DNA from: Amoebidium appalachense
Lineage: Eukaryota; Protista; Ichthyosporea
Assembly: GCA_963693365.1 (NCBI GenBank)
Contig: CAVNZM010000040.1
Location: forward strand, 1 to 36,363
Length of the DNA stretch: 36,363 nucleotides
Direction: 5' to 3'
The notes beneath the pieces were generated by a model that was not told the origin of the DNA, did not search any database, and saw only the letters and a list, made by a program, of their open reading frames with translations. Of this stretch, positions 24,131 through 36,363 are shown in pieces. The position numbers and the translations under genes were made by a program. Position 1 is the first letter of the stretch. Every line of letters starts with the position of its first letter.

Positions 24131-25551
24131 GGTGGAGACGTGGAAGGCGTAAGCGCGAGACAGAGCGATGACGATATGTGGTCATATGGACCACAAAGAT
24201 GTGTTATGTGGGGTTTCTGTTGCAGTTCCGGTTGGGAAATGGATTGCAATCCTATGCCCATGAAAAACTTTTAATTGGTTGATCATCGCATAAGCTGAAG
24301 CTAATCAAACGCGTAACCCAATCACAGACGGCGAAAACATATGATATGTTTCCCCCCACACCTCCTGCAATTTGCTGAGGTTGGACCCTGGTCATCAAGA
24401 CTTCTTGGCCATAAAATGACAATACAATTACAGCAAAACATTCTGCAGAAACCCGATATTCTCACATTTTAAGTGTTTATAAAAAGCCTTAGTTTCAAGT
24501 AGAGGCATTTTTTTTCTTGCTTTGTGTCGACGACATCTTTTATCCGCTTGAAATTTGTCAGCACCCATAATTCTACTATTACAGTACGTTGTATGTGGGG
24601 ATCACCATCCGTCTTTCCTGTTTTAACTCGCGCTGAGGCAGAAGTTATAAGAAGCAGACGTGGAAAACTCAGCATAAGAGATCAATGAAATGAACATAAA
24701 TATTAAATTACCAGACAATTTAAAGTGCAAATTTTCTAGTAATTTCTAACGTCCATTACGAAAGAAAATAACCAACTTTTGACTTGCACCTGTTTTCCCT
24801 GCCGCGCTCAGGTATGTGGGTCTATCGGATGGGAAGGTGTGGACCTGACATTGAGCTTATCGAGTGGCCGCAGGGAGAATGAGCAATTAATATGATACTA
24901 TTGGAATATTAATAGTTGAACTCTTCTGCATTTTTTATTGTTTTTTTTTTTTTTTTACACTGTCCACATTTATTGACACTTATATAAGGACCGAACGATT
25001 AGGTAGGCTATGCCAGTGGATTCCCATGTTTACGAAGTGCGCGCGCTGCCTAGAGTGGCCACATGTATGCATGACAGATCACCAATGATATTTGCAACGC
25101 ACGCAAACCAAACAACATACAGGTCGTTGAAATCTCCACGGTTGTTCTAATAACACATTCAGCTTGTATATTTACTTTGAAGTTTGTTATTTTTTATGTC
25201 AATGAAATATGGGCATGCGCACCTAGTAGCATCAGTGTTGGACGAAGCAACGCAGCAAGATAGAGTTTATGCCATAGCAGACCAATCGCCGCATTGGAAC
25301 TATCCGAGTACGTGATAAATGTCCAATCACCACGATTAGGATAATTGGACATCTTCATGTTGTAGGAAACACCACCCGGGGGTCAACGCGGACTCCACGA
25401 CATCAGGCAAGGGACATCATGATCAACACAACCCATCCACATCCCAGCTGGACGCACACGAGAGATCTATCTGTACTATAAAATATATATGTATATACAC
25501 TGTTTTGATAAACTTTGTGTATGCACGTGATGTGCGGTAAAGCGCGTCAAA
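24131..25551. promoter_or_regulatory. Divergent promoter region between the JmjC and transposase genes
   Basis: Head-to-head starts; CCAAT/ATTGG boxes near 24275-24325 and 25280-25350; TATAAAA at ~25477. Confidence 0.45.
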
Positions 25552-31988
<6,437 letters not shown>

Positions 31989-33021
31989 AGGTAGCAATGG
32001 GTGAGGCTATGCAAATTGTCGTACCCTTAAAAGATGCCTTTATGGGGACTTTTAGACTACATTTTCCTTTTTTCCCATCTCGATCACCCCCACATCCGAA
32101 CCTTTCGGATATCTTTATGAGATCTGTTTGACAATATGTTGATGTCTGAATCGAGTGCATAATTTTTGTTTTCGGCTTGGATTCACTTAATAATGCCAAT
32201 CGTTGCCGCATCTATATGTATCTGTGGACCCTCTAGTGGCCACATCAGCTAACAAATAACGGAAAGGGTTGTGGCCATTAGTATATCTAGTAACAATGCT
32301 GACAGTTACCGTAAGCCTGCCCGCCCACATGGGCCCGTATGGACAACTAAATGACGACTTAGTGGCGGGTTTATGATGTCTCGGACGATGGAATTTGTGC
32401 ACGCGCACGTGCACCAAGTCTGTGACACAAGGGTGTTGTTCCTCTGCCATATCTGATACGACTTCTTTCATGAATCATTCATTTATGCAACAATATTATT
32501 ATCTGTTATAAATTATATCAAAATATATCTTTACAACCAAGGTTGTTGGTAATTATCTACACTAGCCATATGGGTGGAATGGCTGGCTCCCTTCATTTGC
32601 ACGCCTCTGTCTGGCAACCTTTAAATGAATAATATAGGCGTGTTTTATCAAAGTATTACTTTTATAAATCTTATAATTTTCAGCTGTTAATTCCTGAGCC
32701 AGTTCTACCACATTAAAGCGTGATCAAAATCAATTTTGCGGTCTCCCGGCAAGGATGGTGGTCTGCTTTGCACGCCTCCAGAAAAATTATGTGATCCAAT
32801 CACATGACGCGAAATCCTATCTCTCAAATCCGTGAATATTCATTGGCTTTCATTCCACGCCGCGCACCGCCCGGAGCGGCGCGCGGCGCGCGGAGTCGAT
32901 CACACTGTGGAAACCATATCATCAGTCAGTCAGTCAGTAGGTTTGCATATGCTCACGGCCACACATGCACAGTAGCTTTTTGCTGCCTGGCATACTGCTA
33001 TCCACCAATGATTGAACAAAA

Positions 33022-34185
33022 ATGGCGGCCCGAAACGTTGCTGTAAATGCACCCGCACATGCTGTTACACAGGGCTCACCATTTACCTCAGAAATGGTGA
33101 CTGCATACGTTAACTTTTACGTTGAACACCATGGTGAATACGTGGCATGTGACGAGGGTTCTAGGCACCCCGCGGGCTTCTGCGCCCTTTGTAATAAACA
33201 GGGCATCCGTGTTCTCTCTCAACACCTTATTGACGCCCACCGAGATACAATTCGCCATTACACTGGCTACGAAATAGGCATGCTGCTGCAGACCCATCGC
33301 GTTCCTAAGGCTGAGCATGCACTAGTGTGGGCCGTGAGCGATGATTCAGAATATGAACGCGCTACATGGATTGCTTACCGCAAGCGAAAAAACCAGACTG
33401 CATACCGCAAAACCGACAAGGGGAGGCGTACAAACCGCAGTCTACAACTGCTGAAACGGCAAGTGCTCAACGCCTGGGCCTTCCACACTGGCGCCATGGA
33501 CGGTATTGGCGGGAACATAACACAGCGTATGGCCGTCGATACATACCGAATGGTCAGGGATGCTCATTTGGCAGCACAGACAGACATCTCCGCTTCGTTG
33601 AACGATGCCCAACAACGATTTATCACTGCATTCGCCGACCATATGGTTAGGCTCGCAAATATTGCCGTCCTTAACCGCGACACGTCGGCGGCTGTACGAC
33701 AACTCATGGTGCCAGGGGCCTGTAATTTTACATGGGAGGAAGATAAAGTTGTGGAGATATCCTTTGAAGAAGTGCGTGGTTGGCACCTTCTCCACTTCGC
33801 TACAAGCCAAAAGTACTACACGCGGATAAAAATGGAAACTGTGCTGCCCAACATTAACGCCGAGATTGACTGGTCGCACCCGGACACAAAAGCCGAGGTA
33901 AACAGGGTGTTTCAAAAAAACCTGAAAGACAGGGAGCAACAGTTGTGGACGGCAATCTACCAATATATCACAGTCAGAGCCGCCAGTGGGAATTTCCGTT
34001 ATAGCGACCCAATAGACATGGGAGAATACCTCCCTGGGCTAGTTGCAGAGATGGGCGCTTCAATGGACGACATAGAGCTTCCCTCATACCTTGCCATGTG
34101 TGGCTTCGATGAGGAAGCACAAGAGTTGTTTCTCGGACAGGCTGGGCTAGAGCCAGACGAGGAGATGGGCGAAGACGCAGAGTAA
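33022..34185 (+). CDS. Intronless 387-aa hypothetical protein with a C2H2-like zinc finger and basic segment, transposon cargo
   Basis: Long non-repetitive ORF with AAAAATGGCG start context; CALCNKQGIRVLSQHLIDAH; basic stretch YRKRKNQTAYRKTDKGRRTNR; acidic tail. Confidence 0.7.
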   Translation: MAARNVAVNAPAHAVTQGSPFTSEMVTAYVNFYVEHHGEYVACDEGSRHPAGFCALCNKQGIRVLSQHLIDAHRDTIRHYTGYEIGMLLQTHRVPKAEHALVWAVSDDSEYERATWIAYRKRKNQTAYRKTDKGRRTNRSLQLLKRQVLNAWAFHTGAMDGIGGNITQRMAVDTYRMVRDAHLAAQTDISASLNDAQQRFITAFADHMVRLANIAVLNRDTSAAVRQLMVPGACNFTWEEDKVVEISFEEVRGWHLLHFATSQKYYTRIKMETVLPNINAEIDWSHPDTKAEVNRVFQKNLKDREQQLWTAIYQYITVRAASGNFRYSDPIDMGEYLPGLVAEMGASMDDIELPSYLAMCGFDEEAQELFLGQAGLEPDEEMGEDAE

Positions 34186-34299
34186 ATTTTCTGTTTGTTG
34201 ATGAGTGGGGGTGTAGGGGGTTTGGTTTTCACGTGTGTCAGTAGCCTGTAACATATAGGCGCTGTGCCGATGTCAGAAGTTTAAGTGGACTGCAACCCA

Positions 34300-35950
34300 A
34301 CCTTTTAGGTATATATTGACATCCAAATAGTATAGGTTTACTACGAAAAAGATATCAGAACTTATCGTTATAGCATCTTTACATTCTCCTGCTGATATCA
34401 TTATATACATGTTGACATCCAAATGGTATAAGTTTATGGCTAAAAAGATATCAGAACTTATCAATATAGCATCTTTACATTCACCTGATGTCCATCTTGC
34501 GATGCTTAAAAGTGCACGGAATCGATCTAGCCTGGGTCCAAAAGATGCCTCGAACCCATCCCAGGAATCTCATGATGACCATCCAAAACACATCAAAGGG
34601 ACAATTGCAAGACACCATAATGTGCATATATAGATTCATCTTCAGACAACTAACGGCTCCTGAAAAGTGCATACAAGGACCACTTAAAGACCCTAGAGAG
34701 ATGCTGTGGACTCCATTCTAGTATGAGAATTGCATCCAGCAACATTATAGCATCTATATATGCCTATCATGTGCACCGGGTAATCCACAAACCATCTATG
34801 ACGTCGTGGATGTGGACCATCGCAAAGATCACATAGAGACCCTAACTAGATATCATAAAGTGCACATGCTGTGCCTAGAACAGGGATAAATCAGGAATGA
34901 TTATATAATATGCACCAGAAATACACTTAGACATCTGAGGGTACCTAGGGGGTACATATGGATGGGAAAAGGATAGGATATTCAGAGATCTGTAATACCA
35001 CATCATCAACACCATAGGTCCACATGTAGATGCCTTCAAGTGCACGGAATCGATCGAGCCAGGGTCAAAAAGATGTCACAAACCCATCCCAGAAACCTCA
35101 TGATGATCATCCGAAAGGCATCTAAAATACCACGTAAAGGCCATATAAGATGCAAATATGGTTTTCCCTCATGACAACTAAATGGTCCTAAAAGGTTCAT
35201 TAACAGACCACTTAAAGACGTCAAAAAGATGCTGTATACCAGGAATAGCGTCCAGCAACATTAAAGCAACCATATATGCCTATCATGTGCACCACCCAAT
35301 CCACATACCATCTATGACGTCGTGGATGAGGTCCATCTACAAGAGCACATACAGACACTTTGTCGATCATCAAAAGTGCATATGTTGTGCATATAACAGC
35401 GAAAAAACAATATGGATCGTATAAAATGCACTAAAACTAGTCTTGGACATCATAGGGGACTTAGGGGGTAGAAATGGATGGGAAGAAAATATGATCATAT
35501 AAAGTGGTCCATATAATGTCTATGTGCACCGGAAATAAACTAGAAGTACACTTGGACGTCCTGGAGTACTTAGGGTGTACTTTGGGATGGGTACAAGAAA
35601 AGAGCATTTAATGTGGGCTTTAGATGGTCCATATCACCACCCAAACCCCACCAAATTGTGTTTGGAAAATTTTGAACATCGGGGCATTTAATATGCATTT
35701 AGGATGGGTTGTAGATCATTTCATGACACCATTGTAGATGCCTTGCGGTGCTGTTCTGGATGATGGATGATATCAAGTCCCCTTTATCCCCTCCTGGACA
35801 TCATAGATGAGTTATGGATAGTGGCCATCCAAATTGTTTACGACCCCCACATCCCATCTAGATGTCATCATGTAGGTAGGTTGTGGTGGATGTGTGGGGT
35901 GGATATGGTGGGAGGACCCCCAAAAGGTGTCCTGGATGGGATCCGGATCG
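34300..35950. repeat. Right subterminal repeat region of the Plavaka element
   Basis: 95-bp-period duplication (34316-34387 vs 34411-34482); degenerate ~530-bp duplication starting AAGTGCACGGAATCGATC (~34510 and ~35038); many GACATC/GATGTC-like motifs. Confidence 0.7.
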
Positions 35951-35954
35951 CCGA

Positions 35955-35969
35955 ACAAGATTGCTGATG
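35955..35969 (-). repeat. Right TIR
   Basis: Exact reverse complement of 17795-17809. Confidence 0.92.
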
Positions 35970-35971
35970 TG

Positions 35972-36363
35972 CCCGCCGAATAGAGCGGTGTTGTCGCTTT
36001 GCGCTGGAACGGGTTCGGTAATGGAGGCTGCCGCGATGGAACGGCGTCATGTAGTTGGCTTCGAGATCGTGGAGCGATTGTGTGAAGCTATTACAAAGCG
36101 GTTGGCAGTGGCCGAAATCCACAGCCAGGTCTACCATGCGGTCATCGAGAAAAGGCGAGAACTGCTACCCCTGTATTCCACGGAGCTTGGTATGGCCGAG
36201 CCAAGTATGGAAGCTGAAATCGTGAAGGAGAAACTTCTCAAGACAGCAAATTCGGAGACAGACGGCTGGCTGTTTGGATGCGGAAGTATGAATACCGACG
36301 GCACCTGGGGCAACATGAACAGCAGCCCAGTTGTGTCGGGTCCCAGCAAAGCAAGAATCATCG
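35972..36363 (+). CDS. 3' continuation of the ParB-methyltransferase gene: SAM-binding motif I region (not in the ORF track); runs off the right edge
   Basis: Open frame CPPNRAVLSLCAGTGSVMEAAAMERRHVVGFEIVERLCEAITKRL... matches the VLDxFxGxGS...R..iG.Ei pattern. It joins 17794 in frame once the insertion and one TG are removed. Confidence 0.85.

Overview
Eukaryotic, intron-rich (GT-AG) DNA whose introns are filled with poly-C/(CA)n/(CT)n tracts; most ORFs in the supplied track are microsatellite artefacts. The organism cannot be fixed from sequence alone. Splicing by hand resolves the window into nested mobile elements carrying chromatin/DNA-modifier genes. (1) A minus-strand gene with a CxCx3C motif, possibly a Sola-like transposase (3016 to off the left edge), is split in-frame by a 1,930-bp three-LTR non-autonomous copia-type TRIM (817-2746; TG..CA ends, GTTTG TSD, half-tRNAiMet PBS). 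(2) A divergent 15-exon plus-strand gene (4471 to >36363, >1,240 aa) encodes a ParB/Srx-like domain fused to a beta-class N6A/N4C DNA amino-methyltransferase. (3) That methyltransferase exon is split at the Cys codon of RRHC|PPNR by an 18,175-bp Plavaka/CMC-type DNA transposon (17795-35969; 15-bp TIR CATCAGCAATCTTGT, 2-bp TSD TG). The transposon carries a 9-exon Plavaka transposase (one frameshift), a 7-exon KDM4-like JmjC histone-demethylase gene with intact catalytic and Zn ligands, and an intronless 387-aa orphan zinc-finger ORF. All exon models and family calls are by eye; no database searches were run.
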